Source of the DNA: a phage
Strand: one strand, 5' to 3'
DNA length: 64,000 nt
NCBI GenBank assembly: GCA_011915565.1
Contig: GCA_011915565.1_3920.1
In this document: positions 51,431-64,000 of the stretch, piece by piece
Numbering within the stretch: position 1 is the stretch's first letter
Layout: the number at the start of each line of letters is the position of its first letter
The notes under the pieces: generated by a model
Told to the model about the DNA's origin: nothing
The model's input: the letters and a program-made list of their open reading frames with translations, nothing else
Database searches by the model: none
Made by a program: the position numbers and the translations under genes

Positions 51431-52897
51431 ATGGCAGATATTACAGAAACACAAGAAAGCTTACCACCATTTAGAATGGGTGAAGTAGGTTCTTTGGGTC
51501 TGAAGGTTAAGAATGGAAGAATCTATGAAGAACCTCGTCAGGCACTAAGGTTCCCTGAAAGTATTAAAACTTTCCAATTAATGATGCGTGACCCTGCTGT
51601 AGCAGCATCTGTAAATATTATTAAGATGTTTGTCAGAAAAGTCAACTGGAGATTCGTACCTCCAAAGGGAAAAGAGCAAGACCCTAAAATGCTTGAAAGA
51701 GCAGACTTCTTTAATTCTTTAATGGATGACATGGAGCATGATTGGGCAGATTTTATTAACTCTGTAATGTCATTCTGCACTTATGGGTTCTGTGTTAACG
51801 AAAAGGTTTATAAGAAACGTCAGGGTAAAAAAGGAAAGTACCAGTCAAAATTTGATGATGGTCTAATTGGGTGGGCTAAATTACCAATCAGAAACCAGTC
51901 AACGCTTGATAAGTGGTATTTTGACGAAGACTTTAGAAAAGTTACTGGTGTTAGACAGAATCTGAGAAATGTTTCACACATTGCTGGAGCAATCAATCTT
52001 GGAGAAAGACCTCTAACAAGAAAACTTCCACGAGCTAAATTCATGCTGTTTAAGTATGACGATGAATATGGAAATCCAGAAGGTCGTTCACCATTACTTA
52101 ATGCTTATGTACCGTGGAAATATAAAGTACAGATTGAAGAGTATGAGGCTGTTGGCGTTTCAAGAGACTTAGTAGGTATGCCAAAGATTGGTTTACCACC
52201 AGATTATCTGGATGAAAATGCAGAACCTGAAAAGAAAGCTTTCGTACAATACTGCAAAACTGTTGTTAATGACATGATTGCTAATGACAGAGCAGGTTTA
52301 ATCTGGCCTAGATATATCGACCCAGATACTAAAGAGGACATTTTTGAGTTCTCATTAGTTTCTAGACAGGGTGCTAAAGCATACGATACAGGTTCTATTA
52401 TTGATAGATATTCCAAGCAGATTATGATGGCATTCATGTCAGATGTTCTTGCTATGGGTCAGTCAAAATATGGTTCATTCTCTCTTGCAGATTCTAAGAC
52501 AAGCCTATTAGCAATGTCAGTAGATATTCTGCTGAAGCAAATTAAGAACGTAATTAACCGTGATTTAGTTGCACAGACTTATGCTCTTAATATGTGGGAT
52601 GATGAAGAACATGTACAAATCACGTATGATGATATCGAAACTCCAGACCTTGAAGCAATTGGTTCTTATATTCAGAAGACTGTTGCAGTAGGTGCTTTGG
52701 AAGTTGACAAAGAGCTATCTAACAAACTTAGAGAGCATATTGGTCTTCCTCCTGCTGATGAGTCTCATCCAGTATCTGAAAAGCTTTCTCCAAATAGCCA
52801 AAGCCGTTCAGGAGATGGTTATAAGACCGCTGGAGAAGGTACTGCAAAGACACCTTCAGCGAAAGACCCAAGCACAGCAAATAAGGCAAATAAATAA
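51431..52897 (+). CDS. portal protein
   Basis: About 490 aa directly after the terminase; track start 51422 is GTG, ATG at 51431 chosen. Confidence 0.7.
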   Translation: MADITETQESLPPFRMGEVGSLGLKVKNGRIYEEPRQALRFPESIKTFQLMMRDPAVAASVNIIKMFVRKVNWRFVPPKGKEQDPKMLERADFFNSLMDDMEHDWADFINSVMSFCTYGFCVNEKVYKKRQGKKGKYQSKFDDGLIGWAKLPIRNQSTLDKWYFDEDFRKVTGVRQNLRNVSHIAGAINLGERPLTRKLPRAKFMLFKYDDEYGNPEGRSPLLNAYVPWKYKVQIEEYEAVGVSRDLVGMPKIGLPPDYLDENAEPEKKAFVQYCKTVVNDMIANDRAGLIWPRYIDPDTKEDIFEFSLVSRQGAKAYDTGSIIDRYSKQIMMAFMSDVLAMGQSKYGSFSLADSKTSLLAMSVDILLKQIKNVINRDLVAQTYALNMWDDEEHVQITYDDIETPDLEAIGSYIQKTVAVGALEVDKELSNKLREHIGLPPADESHPVSEKLSPNSQSRSGDGYKTAGEGTAKTPSAKDPSTANKANK

Positions 52898-53397
52898 TGG
52901 CTGAAGTTATCTCTATTTCAAATGCTACACGAGTGCATTCGTATAGGGGTGTTCTTATCATTACTGATGAGTTATCTGTAGAGGCTGGCTCAAGGGTCAG
53001 CCTTTCAGGTTATGTAAGTGATGGTGGAACCTCTGACGTTTTCACTATTTGCAGGTTACTTGATGCACCAATGAGTGGAAAACCGTTTATTTCAGGAAAT
53101 TGTAGTGAAATTGTTAAAATTCCATTTGACAGTTCATGCCTTTTGGGTGTAAAGTTATATAACTGCGAGAATAAACGTATCAATGTTAATAGCATTGAAG
53201 CCGCTTTCATTACCCTCGATACTGCATTTCAATCTCCAATGACAGTTAATAAAGAAACAAACAGACTTGAATACATTTTTTCACAAAATGATTACAAAGT
53301 ACTTGTCAAAGGTAAAGTATATGATATGATTGTAAATGTGGTAGATGAATCTGGTAACCATTCAACAGTCCTTAAACAAAAAGTAAGGTTTAATTAA
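52897..53397 (+). CDS. hypothetical structural-module protein
   Basis: 166 aa ORF, start overlaps portal stop. Confidence 0.55.
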   Translation: MAEVISISNATRVHSYRGVLIITDELSVEAGSRVSLSGYVSDGGTSDVFTICRLLDAPMSGKPFISGNCSEIVKIPFDSSCLLGVKLYNCENKRINVNSIEAAFITLDTAFQSPMTVNKETNRLEYIFSQNDYKVLVKGKVYDMIVNVVDESGNHSTVLKQKVRFN

Positions 53398-53729
53398 TGG
53401 GAACATTAACTATTGATGGTAAGAATAAAATCCTCGCCACGCTAACCCCAACGACTATTATTTTACACAATGTAGACCCAACGGCAGACCCTACAGCAAA
53501 TAAGGTTACTCAGCCAGTGGCTATTTATTTTTCTGAACCGGATAATGGCTTAATTGCCTCAGAAGACACAGTTAATATTACTGTTCCAGCTTCTGCAACG
53601 GTCTCACACTATAGCTTGTGGGATGCTAACGATAAATGCGTGGCAACTGGTGCTCTTAGCAAACCTCAATTCTTTGCTGAAGAAGGTATCTATGTTATCT
53701 CTTCAGTCTCTGTAGATTTAAACAAATAG
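53397..53729 (+). CDS. hypothetical structural-module protein
   Basis: 110 aa ORF. Confidence 0.5.
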   Translation: MGTLTIDGKNKILATLTPTTIILHNVDPTADPTANKVTQPVAIYFSEPDNGLIASEDTVNITVPASATVSHYSLWDANDKCVATGALSKPQFFAEEGIYVISSVSVDLNK

Positions 53730-53740
53730 GGTGAGTAAAA

Positions 53741-55087
53741 ATGAGTTCGAATATCTTCAGACTTGCTGATAGATTATTCAACCAACCTTTACTAGCCACT
53801 GAATCATTAGCTCACTCAGCAGCAACTTATGTGAATAACAGATTGCTGGGTGATGTCCAAGCAGCAGTAAACTTTGATAAACCTAAAGGTGAAGCAAGAA
53901 GTCTTTTAAAAGTAAAAGATGACATTGCTATTATTCCTATTATGGGTGGTTTAACTCATCGTATGACATTCATTGATGCAATGTGTACAGGTGGTTTAAG
54001 CTCTTATGAAGGTTTACGTAGAGGCTTTGACGAAGCTTTAGCAGATGAGTCAATCAAGACTATTGTTCTGCACATTGATTCTGGTGGTGGTGAAGCTTCA
54101 GGTTGCTTTGAATTAGCACGTCACATCATGGCTTCAAGAGGCCAAAAGAAAATTATTGCTTATGTAGATGAGTTCGCTTGTTCCGCTGCATATGCTCTTG
54201 CATCTTCTGCTGAAGAAATTATTGCATCACCAGATGCAGATGTTGGTTCTATCGGTGTAATCATGGTTCATCAGGAATTAACTAAGGCATTTGAAAAGAA
54301 TGGCGTAACAATTAACGTCATCAAAGCTGGTGAGTTTAAAGGTATGGGTTCACCATTCCAAGCACTTTCAGAAGAAAGCAAAGAAAGACTTCAAAAGAGA
54401 ATTAATGATACCTACGCAACCTTTACAGGTTTTGTAGCTGAAGCTCGTAATATCTCTGAAGAAGCTGTAAAGAATACTGAGGCGAATGTTTATTCTGCTC
54501 AGGAAGCTCTTGAACTTGGTTTAATTAACTCAATCATGTCTCAAGATGATTTCTTAAATTACTTACAAGGTTCTGAAGAGGCTCCTGTAAGTTTAAACGT
54601 TAACAATTCAGGTGAAGAAATGACTGAACAAGAAAAGCAAGAACTAGAAGCTTTGCGTCTTCAGGTTGCTCAAATGAAAGCTAAAGAACAGGAAGCTGCT
54701 TTGTCAGATTTGACTAATAAGATTTCTGCTTCTGCTGAAGCTTTTGGATTTGATGCAAAAGAAGCTGCAACGACTATTTTAGGTGCTGGTCTTGATAACC
54801 CTCTAAGTGTTCTGTTTATGAATGCTATGGAAGGTGCTAACCAGAAACTTAATGAAACTATCGCGTCCCATGCTTCTGCAATGGAAGAAAAAGAATCAGA
54901 AATTACCAAGCTGAAAGAAACTGCTGGTGCTGTTCTTGAACATTCTAACGCTATGGAAGAAGTGGGTAATGACGGCGAAGCTGATTTGGTTGAAGAAGAA
55001 AAAGAACCAGCTAAGAATGCTTCCGAAGACACCGCTGAACAACGCAAACTGGCTCTCCAGAATGCTCTAAAATCTCTTATCAAATAA
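53741..55087 (+). CDS. prohead protease (S49/SppA-ClpP-like) with C-terminal scaffold-like region
   Basis: IIAYVDEFACSAAYALASSAEEIIASPDADVGSIGV resembles S49 peptidase core; C-terminal 150 aa Ala/Glu/Lys-rich helical. Confidence 0.75.
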   Translation: MSSNIFRLADRLFNQPLLATESLAHSAATYVNNRLLGDVQAAVNFDKPKGEARSLLKVKDDIAIIPIMGGLTHRMTFIDAMCTGGLSSYEGLRRGFDEALADESIKTIVLHIDSGGGEASGCFELARHIMASRGQKKIIAYVDEFACSAAYALASSAEEIIASPDADVGSIGVIMVHQELTKAFEKNGVTINVIKAGEFKGMGSPFQALSEESKERLQKRINDTYATFTGFVAEARNISEEAVKNTEANVYSAQEALELGLINSIMSQDDFLNYLQGSEEAPVSLNVNNSGEEMTEQEKQELEALRLQVAQMKAKEQEAALSDLTNKISASAEAFGFDAKEAATTILGAGLDNPLSVLFMNAMEGANQKLNETIASHASAMEEKESEITKLKETAGAVLEHSNAMEEVGNDGEADLVEEEKEPAKNASEDTAEQRKLALQNALKSLIK

Positions 55088-55098
55088 GGAACACAATA

Positions 55099-55476
55099 AT
55101 GGCATATCAAGGTTTTACTAAGTTAGGTAACAGAGAACCTCTGAATGATATCATTCTTTGGGAACAGGTTACACCAACAGGCCACTCTCGTAAAGAGTAT
55201 ACCCCACAGGCATCTACAGAGTATCGTGTAGGTGAAGTTCTGAAAGCAGACGGTACTAAGGTACAAGCTGGAGAAGAATCTCAAGCAGACTCTGTATGTA
55301 TCGTTAATTTCTACGCAGACCTGCAACTGTCTTACCACGGTCAGTTGAAAGTTGTTGGTATTTACCGCGACGCAGAGCTAAAAGACATGCTTACTCTTGA
55401 ATCAAGCGTTGACGCTGAAGCAGTCAAGACAGCTCTGGCTGCTAAAGGTATTGATTTCGTACCAACTGGCCTGTAA
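55099..55476 (+). CDS. hypothetical head protein
   Basis: 125 aa between protease and capsid genes. Confidence 0.55.
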   Translation: MAYQGFTKLGNREPLNDIILWEQVTPTGHSRKEYTPQASTEYRVGEVLKADGTKVQAGEESQADSVCIVNFYADLQLSYHGQLKVVGIYRDAELKDMLTLESSVDAEAVKTALAAKGIDFVPTGL

Positions 55477-55509
55477 TAACAATAATAAGACATTCTGGAG
55501 AATTTTACA

Positions 55510-56616
55510 ATGTTGACTAATTCTGAAAAAAGCAGATTTTTCCTTGCTGACCTGACTGGTGAAGTCCAGTCTATCCCAAACACTTATGGGTATATTTCCA
55601 ACTTAGGTCTGTTCCGTTCAGCACCAATCACCCAAACTACTTTCCTTATGGACTTGACTGATTGGGATGTTAGCTTGCTTGATGCGGTAGACCGTGATAG
55701 CCGTAAAGCAGAGACTAGCGCACCTGAGCGTGTTCGTCAAATCAGCTTCCCAATGATGTACTTCAAAGAAGTTGAAAGCATTACTCCTGATGAAATTCAG
55801 GGTGTACGTCAGCCAGGCACTGCAAATGAACTGACTACTGAAGCTGTAGTACGTGCTAAGAAGCTGATGAAGATTCGTACCAAGTTCGATATTACTCGTG
55901 AGTTCCTGTTTATGCAAGCTCTGAAGGGTAAAGTTGTTGATGCTCGTGGTACTCTGTATGCTGACCTGTACAAGCAGTTCGACGTTGAGAAGAAGACTGT
56001 TTACTTCGACCTTGACAACCCTAATGCTGACATCGACGCTTCTATTGAAGAACTGCGTATGCACATGGAAGATGAAGCTAAGACTGGCACTGTAATCAAC
56101 GGTGAAGAAATTCACGTAGTTGTTGACCGCTTATTCTTCAGCAAACTGGTTAAGCATCCTAAGATTCGTGACGCTTATCTTGCACAGCAGACTCCACTGG
56201 CTTGGCAACAGATTACTGGTTCTCTGAGAACTGGTGGTACTGACGGCGTTCAGGCTCACATGAACACTTTCTACTACGGTGGTGTTAAGTTTGTCCAGTA
56301 CAACGGTAAGTTCAAAGACAAGCGTGGTAAGGTTCACACTCTGGTGAGCATTGATAGCGTAGCGGCAACTGTTGGTGTAGGTCATGCTTTCCCTAACGTT
56401 TCTATGCTGGGCGAAGCAAACAACATCTTCGAAGTGGCATATGGTCCATGTCCTAAGATGGGTTATGCCAATACACTTGGTCAGGAACTGTACGTATTCG
56501 AATACGAAAAAGACCGTGACGAAGGTATTGACTTTGAAGCTCACTCTTACATGCTGCCATACTGCACACGTCCTCAGTTGCTGGTAGACGTTCGTTCTGA
56601 CGCTAAACCAGACTAA
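55510..56616 (+). CDS. major capsid protein (probable)
   Basis: 368 aa downstream of protease/scaffold; position and size only. Confidence 0.65.
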   Translation: MLTNSEKSRFFLADLTGEVQSIPNTYGYISNLGLFRSAPITQTTFLMDLTDWDVSLLDAVDRDSRKAETSAPERVRQISFPMMYFKEVESITPDEIQGVRQPGTANELTTEAVVRAKKLMKIRTKFDITREFLFMQALKGKVVDARGTLYADLYKQFDVEKKTVYFDLDNPNADIDASIEELRMHMEDEAKTGTVINGEEIHVVVDRLFFSKLVKHPKIRDAYLAQQTPLAWQQITGSLRTGGTDGVQAHMNTFYYGGVKFVQYNGKFKDKRGKVHTLVSIDSVAATVGVGHAFPNVSMLGEANNIFEVAYGPCPKMGYANTLGQELYVFEYEKDRDEGIDFEAHSYMLPYCTRPQLLVDVRSDAKPD

Positions 56617-56637
56617 TATTCTTAAGGAGGGTTATGA

Positions 56638-57087
56638 ATGTGTTATACAGGCGACCCAGCCAATAACCCTCTTGATAGAGTAAGAATCCTCTGCACAGAC
56701 ACCAATAATGATGAAATTCTCATTGAACAGTCTGTGCTAGAGTGGTTCTATCTAGAATCTGGAAAGGATGAAAAGAAAGCAGCCATCAAAGCTCTTAAAT
56801 ATTTACTCTTTCAAGTAGCCAAGATGGGAGATGAGAAGGTTGGTGGTGTTTATTTACGTAACTCTTCCAGATTCAAATCTCTGAAAGCTGTTTATGACGA
56901 CCTTGTTAAAAGCTCTGTTTCAGGACTACCCTATGCAGGTGGTATTAATCAGTGTGATATTGATATGCGTCGTCAGAATCCTTGCTCTGTCAAGAAATAC
57001 ACAGAATATGGTGATGCTGCCAGATACGAAGGCAGAGATTACTGCAACCGTGTTAATGGCGTATTTATTATCGAGCGAGATGAATAA
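56638..57087 (+). CDS. head-tail connector/completion protein (probable)
   Basis: 149 aa; AAGGAGGG RBS. Confidence 0.55.
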   Translation: MCYTGDPANNPLDRVRILCTDTNNDEILIEQSVLEWFYLESGKDEKKAAIKALKYLLFQVAKMGDEKVGGVYLRNSSRFKSLKAVYDDLVKSSVSGLPYAGGINQCDIDMRRQNPCSVKKYTEYGDAARYEGRDYCNRVNGVFIIERDE

Positions 57088-57569
57088 TGGTTAAAAGGGT
57101 TATTCACCCCGCTAGAGCAAAATTAGTCGGGGCTATGAAGAACTTGCAAACGGCTAATGCTCAAGTTGGGTATTTTCAAGAACAAGGTCAACATAGCTCT
57201 GGTTTTTCTTATCCTGCTTTAATGTATTTACAAGAAGTTATTGGGGTTCCTTCAGCTTCTGGTAAAGTATATCGTAGGTTGTTTGAAATCACTATGATGC
57301 TAAACAAACAGACCTTGTTAGAGCAGACTAAGAAGAATCTATATAAGCAACTTAGCAGTCTCAACACAGACCCTTCAAATACCTTAGAAGCATTTGCAAA
57401 GAATGCTCAAAAGGCAATTAAAAGGGGTTTTGGTAATTCTGCTATCCTCCCTCCTAACGCACCTTCCACAGTCAAGAAAAAAGGCTTTAATGCACCTCTT
57501 GTTGAGACAGGTGACTTAAGAGATAACCTTGCTTATAAAATTTCTACTAAGAAGGGTATTAAGAAATGA
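57087..57569 (+). CDS. head-tail joining protein (probable)
   Basis: 160 aa. Confidence 0.5.
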   Translation: MVKRVIHPARAKLVGAMKNLQTANAQVGYFQEQGQHSSGFSYPALMYLQEVIGVPSASGKVYRRLFEITMMLNKQTLLEQTKKNLYKQLSSLNTDPSNTLEAFAKNAQKAIKRGFGNSAILPPNAPSTVKKKGFNAPLVETGDLRDNLAYKISTKKGIKK

Positions 57570-57967
57570 GACTCTTAAACAGACACAGCTTTGTAGTAAA
57601 GCGTAAAGTCTCTGAAGACGGTTATTACAATGATGATGGTGATTGGGTAGCTTCACAAGATATTGTAGAGGTTAACTGCAAAGGTAATATCCAGCCATAT
57701 ATCAAAGGTTCTGTAAAGAATGGTACACAGATTGCTTTACCGGAAGGTATCAGGCTTACCGATACAAGAATCCTGTATACTACATATAAACTTAGAACTT
57801 CAGATGATGTAGAGTGGAATGAGTCTGACATTGTTATGATTGATGGTCATGAGGATGAAGTATTTATGACTATGGATTGGTCACAGCAATTAGCCCATAC
57901 GTCCCATTATGAATATATCATTATTAGAAGGGATAAAATGAATGCAGTTAGAAACAGCAGAACTTGA
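57566..57967 (+). CDS. head-tail joining protein (probable)
   Basis: 133 aa. Confidence 0.5.
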   Translation: MRLLNRHSFVVKRKVSEDGYYNDDGDWVASQDIVEVNCKGNIQPYIKGSVKNGTQIALPEGIRLTDTRILYTTYKLRTSDDVEWNESDIVMIDGHEDEVFMTMDWSQQLAHTSHYEYIIIRRDKMNAVRNSRT

Positions 57968-58541
57968 AAAAGGTCTAGTTAGAACCTTAGTGGATGTTAT
58001 TGGTCACAGACTAGCTCGTGATAAAAATAATAGACCAAATGTAATTAGAGCTTACCCTTCTGATAACTCAAATGACAAAGGTTTAAAACCTGACCAGCCA
58101 TTTATTACCGTATATTGTCAAGATGCTGCAACACCTTATGGTTGGGTTCTTGATAAGTTTGTTGAGGATGATGTAGTTTGCTACAGAATTGCTTTTCAGA
58201 TTCCAGTATTAATTACGGTAAATGGTAAAGGTGCTCACAGTATTATGCTTGAGCTTAAACAACGATTAGAGATGAGTTCAGTCAGAGATTTAATTCTTGA
58301 AGAGACAGGAGCTACAGTTTTAGACACTGGAGCTATCCCGAATGACTATACCTATCTCAATACAGATTTCGAAAATTCTGCGCCTCTTGTTGTAACTCTT
58401 GTAAAAAATTCAGTCCTGAAAGATGAACGTGGGGGAATTATTGAACGTGTCATTGTTGATGGTGAATTAGTTTACGAAGAAGGACAAGAGCCACCAGAAT
58501 ATACTATCCATCTAGATGTAGACTCCAAAGGGGTAAAATAA
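57942..58541 (+). CDS. tail completion/terminator protein (probable)
   Basis: 199 aa. Confidence 0.5.
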   Translation: MQLETAELEKGLVRTLVDVIGHRLARDKNNRPNVIRAYPSDNSNDKGLKPDQPFITVYCQDAATPYGWVLDKFVEDDVVCYRIAFQIPVLITVNGKGAHSIMLELKQRLEMSSVRDLILEETGATVLDTGAIPNDYTYLNTDFENSAPLVVTLVKNSVLKDERGGIIERVIVDGELVYEEGQEPPEYTIHLDVDSKGVK

Positions 58542-59894
58542 ATGTGGAATCCAATTGTTAATGTAGATATTACATTGAACACCGCAGGAACTACAAGAGA
58601 AGGTTTTGGGCTACCACTATTTTTAGCTTCAACAGATAACTTTGAAGAAAGAGTCCGTGGTTACACTTCCTTAACTGAAGTTGCTGAAGATTTCGATGAA
58701 AACTCTGCTGCATATAAGGCTGCTAAACAACTTTGGAGTCAGACTCCTAAAGTAACTCAGCTTTATATTGGTAGACGTGCTATGCAGTACACTGTATCAA
58801 TTCCTGATGAGGTTACTGAGAGCACCGACTATTCTTTAACTGTAGCTGTGAGCGGTGGAGTTTCTCAGCCATTCCAGTACACTTCACAGTCAGAAGATAC
58901 TGCTGAGAAGGTGCTACAGCAGCTTAAAACTCAGATTGAAGCAGAGCCTTCTGTAAAAGACCTTGTTACCGTCAATGTAACTGGTGCTGGTGGTTCAGCA
59001 ACAATGGTAATCACCAAAGCGGGTGACAATGACTTCGTGAAGGTTACCACTACAGCACAAACAGTGTCAATTGCAAGTACAACTGCTGACACAGCATCGA
59101 CTGCTCTGGCAGCTATTGAGGCTTATTCAACTGACTGGTATTTCATTGCAGCAGAAGACAGAACTCAACAGTTTGTCTTAGCAATGGCTTCTGAGATTCA
59201 AGCTCGTAAGAAGATTTTCTTTACAGCTAACTCTGATGTAACAGCCTTACAAGGTACAGAATTAGCTAGTGCAAATGATGTTCCAGCACAGCTTGCTAAG
59301 AGTCAGTACACTCGTACCGTTTGCTTGTGGCATCACACAGCGGCAGAAGACTATCCAGAAATGGCATACATTGCTTATGGTGCTCCGTATGATGCAGGTT
59401 CAATTGCTTGGGGTAACGCACAGTTAACTGGTGTAGCTGCTTCTCTACAGCCATCTAATCAGAGACCTCTGACAAGTATTCAGAAGTCAGCTTTAGATGC
59501 ACGTCACTGTAACTTTATTGACCTTGATGGTGGTGTTCCAGTGGTTCGCAGAGGTATTACTTCTGGTGGGGAATGGATTGATATCATCCGTGGTGTTGAC
59601 TGGTTAGAATCAGACCTGAAAACTTCTCTGAGAGACTTGCTAATTAATCAGAAGGGTGGTAAGATTACTTATGATGATACTGGTATTACCCGTATTCGTC
59701 AAGTCATTGAAACCTCTCTGCAAAGAGCAGTCAACAGAAACTTCCTGTCATCTTACACAGTTAATGTTCCTAAAGCCTCTCAAGTTGCTTTAGCAGACAA
59801 GAAAGCTCGTATCCTGAAAGACGTTACCTTCTCAGGTATCTTAGCAGGGGCTATCTTGGATGTTGACTTGAAAGGTACAGTGGCTTACGAATAA
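58542..59894 (+). CDS. tail sheath protein (probable)
   Basis: 450 aa immediately upstream of a 148-aa tube-sized gene, chaperone pair and tape measure. Confidence 0.6.
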   Translation: MWNPIVNVDITLNTAGTTREGFGLPLFLASTDNFEERVRGYTSLTEVAEDFDENSAAYKAAKQLWSQTPKVTQLYIGRRAMQYTVSIPDEVTESTDYSLTVAVSGGVSQPFQYTSQSEDTAEKVLQQLKTQIEAEPSVKDLVTVNVTGAGGSATMVITKAGDNDFVKVTTTAQTVSIASTTADTASTALAAIEAYSTDWYFIAAEDRTQQFVLAMASEIQARKKIFFTANSDVTALQGTELASANDVPAQLAKSQYTRTVCLWHHTAAEDYPEMAYIAYGAPYDAGSIAWGNAQLTGVAASLQPSNQRPLTSIQKSALDARHCNFIDLDGGVPVVRRGITSGGEWIDIIRGVDWLESDLKTSLRDLLINQKGGKITYDDTGITRIRQVIETSLQRAVNRNFLSSYTVNVPKASQVALADKKARILKDVTFSGILAGAILDVDLKGTVAYE

Positions 59895-59909
59895 TAGAGG
59901 TAAATTGGA

Positions 59910-60356
59910 ATGGCTATGTATCAGCAATATTCCCCTAAAGACGTTGTGTGTAGCTGGAATGGTATTGCCATTGAAGGCTTTGCCCCAGACTCATTCTTAC
60001 GTCTACAGAGAACATCACCACTTGTGACACCAGTTGTAGGTGCGGGTGGTCAAGTTGCTCTGACAAGAAATGCAGACAAGACAGGTACTATTGAGATTGA
60101 GCTAATGCAGACTTCTCTCTCTAACCAGATGCTTTCTGCAATTCAAGCTAAACAAGACAATATGGAACTTGAAGAAGATATCTCTTCTAACTTCGTAATC
60201 TACGACCCATCAGGCTCTGTTCTGGCAACTGGTATTAATGCTTGGTTGCAGGAATTACCACAGATTGAACTTGGTCGTGACCAGAACTCTAAAACTTGGA
60301 TTTTTGGTTGTGAGAAGCTAGACTACACTTCTACAATTCCAGCGTCAAGTGTTTAA
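59910..60356 (+). CDS. tail tube protein (probable)
   Basis: 148 aa; followed by strong terminator. Confidence 0.6.
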   Translation: MAMYQQYSPKDVVCSWNGIAIEGFAPDSFLRLQRTSPLVTPVVGAGGQVALTRNADKTGTIEIELMQTSLSNQMLSAIQAKQDNMELEEDISSNFVIYDPSGSVLATGINAWLQELPQIELGRDQNSKTWIFGCEKLDYTSTIPASSV

Positions 60357-60368
60357 TAAATCCTATAA

Positions 60369-60400
60369 GGGGGAGACTTTAAAAGGTCTTCCCCTTTTTT
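60369..60400 (+). terminator. intrinsic terminator
   Basis: GGGGGAGAC-TTTAAAAG-GTCTTCCCC then TTTTTT. Confidence 0.75.
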
Positions 60401-60429
60401 GTTTCTTTTAAAAGTATTAAGGAATCACA

Positions 60430-60828
60430 ATGAAAACAGAATCTAGAGTAATTAATGGTAAGAAAGTAAATATCGTTCTGCTTGGGGCAAGAGATGGTAT
60501 TAAGATGTCTATGAAGTTGGGTAAAATTGTTGTTCCAACCTTTGCACAGATGCTGTCAAGTCTGACTGATAAAGACAAGAAAGAATCTCCAATGGTTCCA
60601 TTTAAAGAACTTGTTGAAGCTTGTTTTGACAGAATTGAAGAAATTAACCTTGAAGAAATGGCTACATTACTATTTCAAGGGGCAACTGTTGATGACTTCC
60701 CACTCAATATTGATACATACTTCCAAGCAAACTACGGCGAGTTTATTGATTACTTAGCATTTGCGCTGGAGGCAAACTTCGGAAGTTTTTTCGAAGCAAG
60801 CATTTTCAAAAGCCTAACTTCTCAGTAA
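60430..60828 (+). CDS. tail assembly chaperone (probable)
   Basis: 132 aa directly upstream of tape measure gene. Confidence 0.5.
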   Translation: MKTESRVINGKKVNIVLLGARDGIKMSMKLGKIVVPTFAQMLSSLTDKDKKESPMVPFKELVEACFDRIEEINLEEMATLLFQGATVDDFPLNIDTYFQANYGEFIDYLAFALEANFGSFFEASIFKSLTSQ

Positions 60829-60830
60829 AC

Positions 60831-61069
60831 ATGGGTAACACTCTACAGACACCACTAACTGATGCTGCTGTAGAGGCAACCTATGAAGAAGCAGACGAGA
60901 TGAAATTTGTGCTTGCTATTTATGGTATGGAAGGGTGTAAAGAAACACTTGACCAACTCTTTGCTATGACATTCTCTGATTTATTATCATTGAGACAATT
61001 TCTTGAGATTCAGAGGTCGTATAAAGAGGAAATTGCTTACAACGAACTTAGAAGAGCAGGAAAAATGTA

Positions 61070-61070
<1 letters not shown>
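60831..61070 (+). CDS. tail assembly chaperone, second ORF (probable)
   Basis: 79 aa between chaperone and tape measure. Confidence 0.45.

Positions 61071-64000
<2,930 letters not shown>

Noticed and set aside
54670-55110. 146-aa minus-strand ORF
   Set aside because: Antisense within the prohead protease/scaffold gene; Ser/Ala-rich translation typical of antisense artefacts.
55618-56544. Two minus-strand ORFs of 165 and 137 aa
   Set aside because: Both antisense inside the probable major capsid gene in a uniformly plus-strand structural operon.

Overview
This 64 kb window reads as part of a large virulent tailed-phage genome (myovirus-like, about 40% GC by eye), with no integrase or host genes. 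Left to right: (1) a plus-strand replication and nucleotide-metabolism block (5'-truncated DnaB-like helicase, acidic-tail SSB-like protein, nuclease-like genes, aerobic RNR NrdA/NrdB with an NrdH-like redoxin, anaerobic RNR NrdD/NrdG, an HNH endonuclease); (2) an adjacent PRPP-synthetase-like and NAMPT-like gene pair, the layout of NARP1-type phage NAD+ reconstitution; (3) rIIA and rIIB, recognised from conserved motifs; (4) small genes including a HAD-like hydrolase, a possible spanin-like overlapped pair and a tentative macro-domain protein; (5) an array of 13 small early-type ORFs (26.9-32.5 kb), most preceded by one of two families of repeated promoter/hairpin leader modules; (6) a 1.65 kb ORF-free, repeat-dense region (32.6-34.2 kb); (7) a minus-strand block (34.2-41.9 kb) with a GH24-type endolysin and a protein carrying three tandem Ig-like repeats; (8) a vWA-domain protein followed by an array of 27 tRNA genes covering all 20 amino acids, interspersed with repeated structured spacer elements and two embedded protein genes; (9) the morphogenesis module (large terminase, portal, S49-type prohead protease, capsid, sheath, tube, chaperones, tape measure, 3'-truncated tail gene). 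All coordinates come from manual reading; tRNA ends are +/-2 nt and functional calls rest on motif recognition, not database searches.
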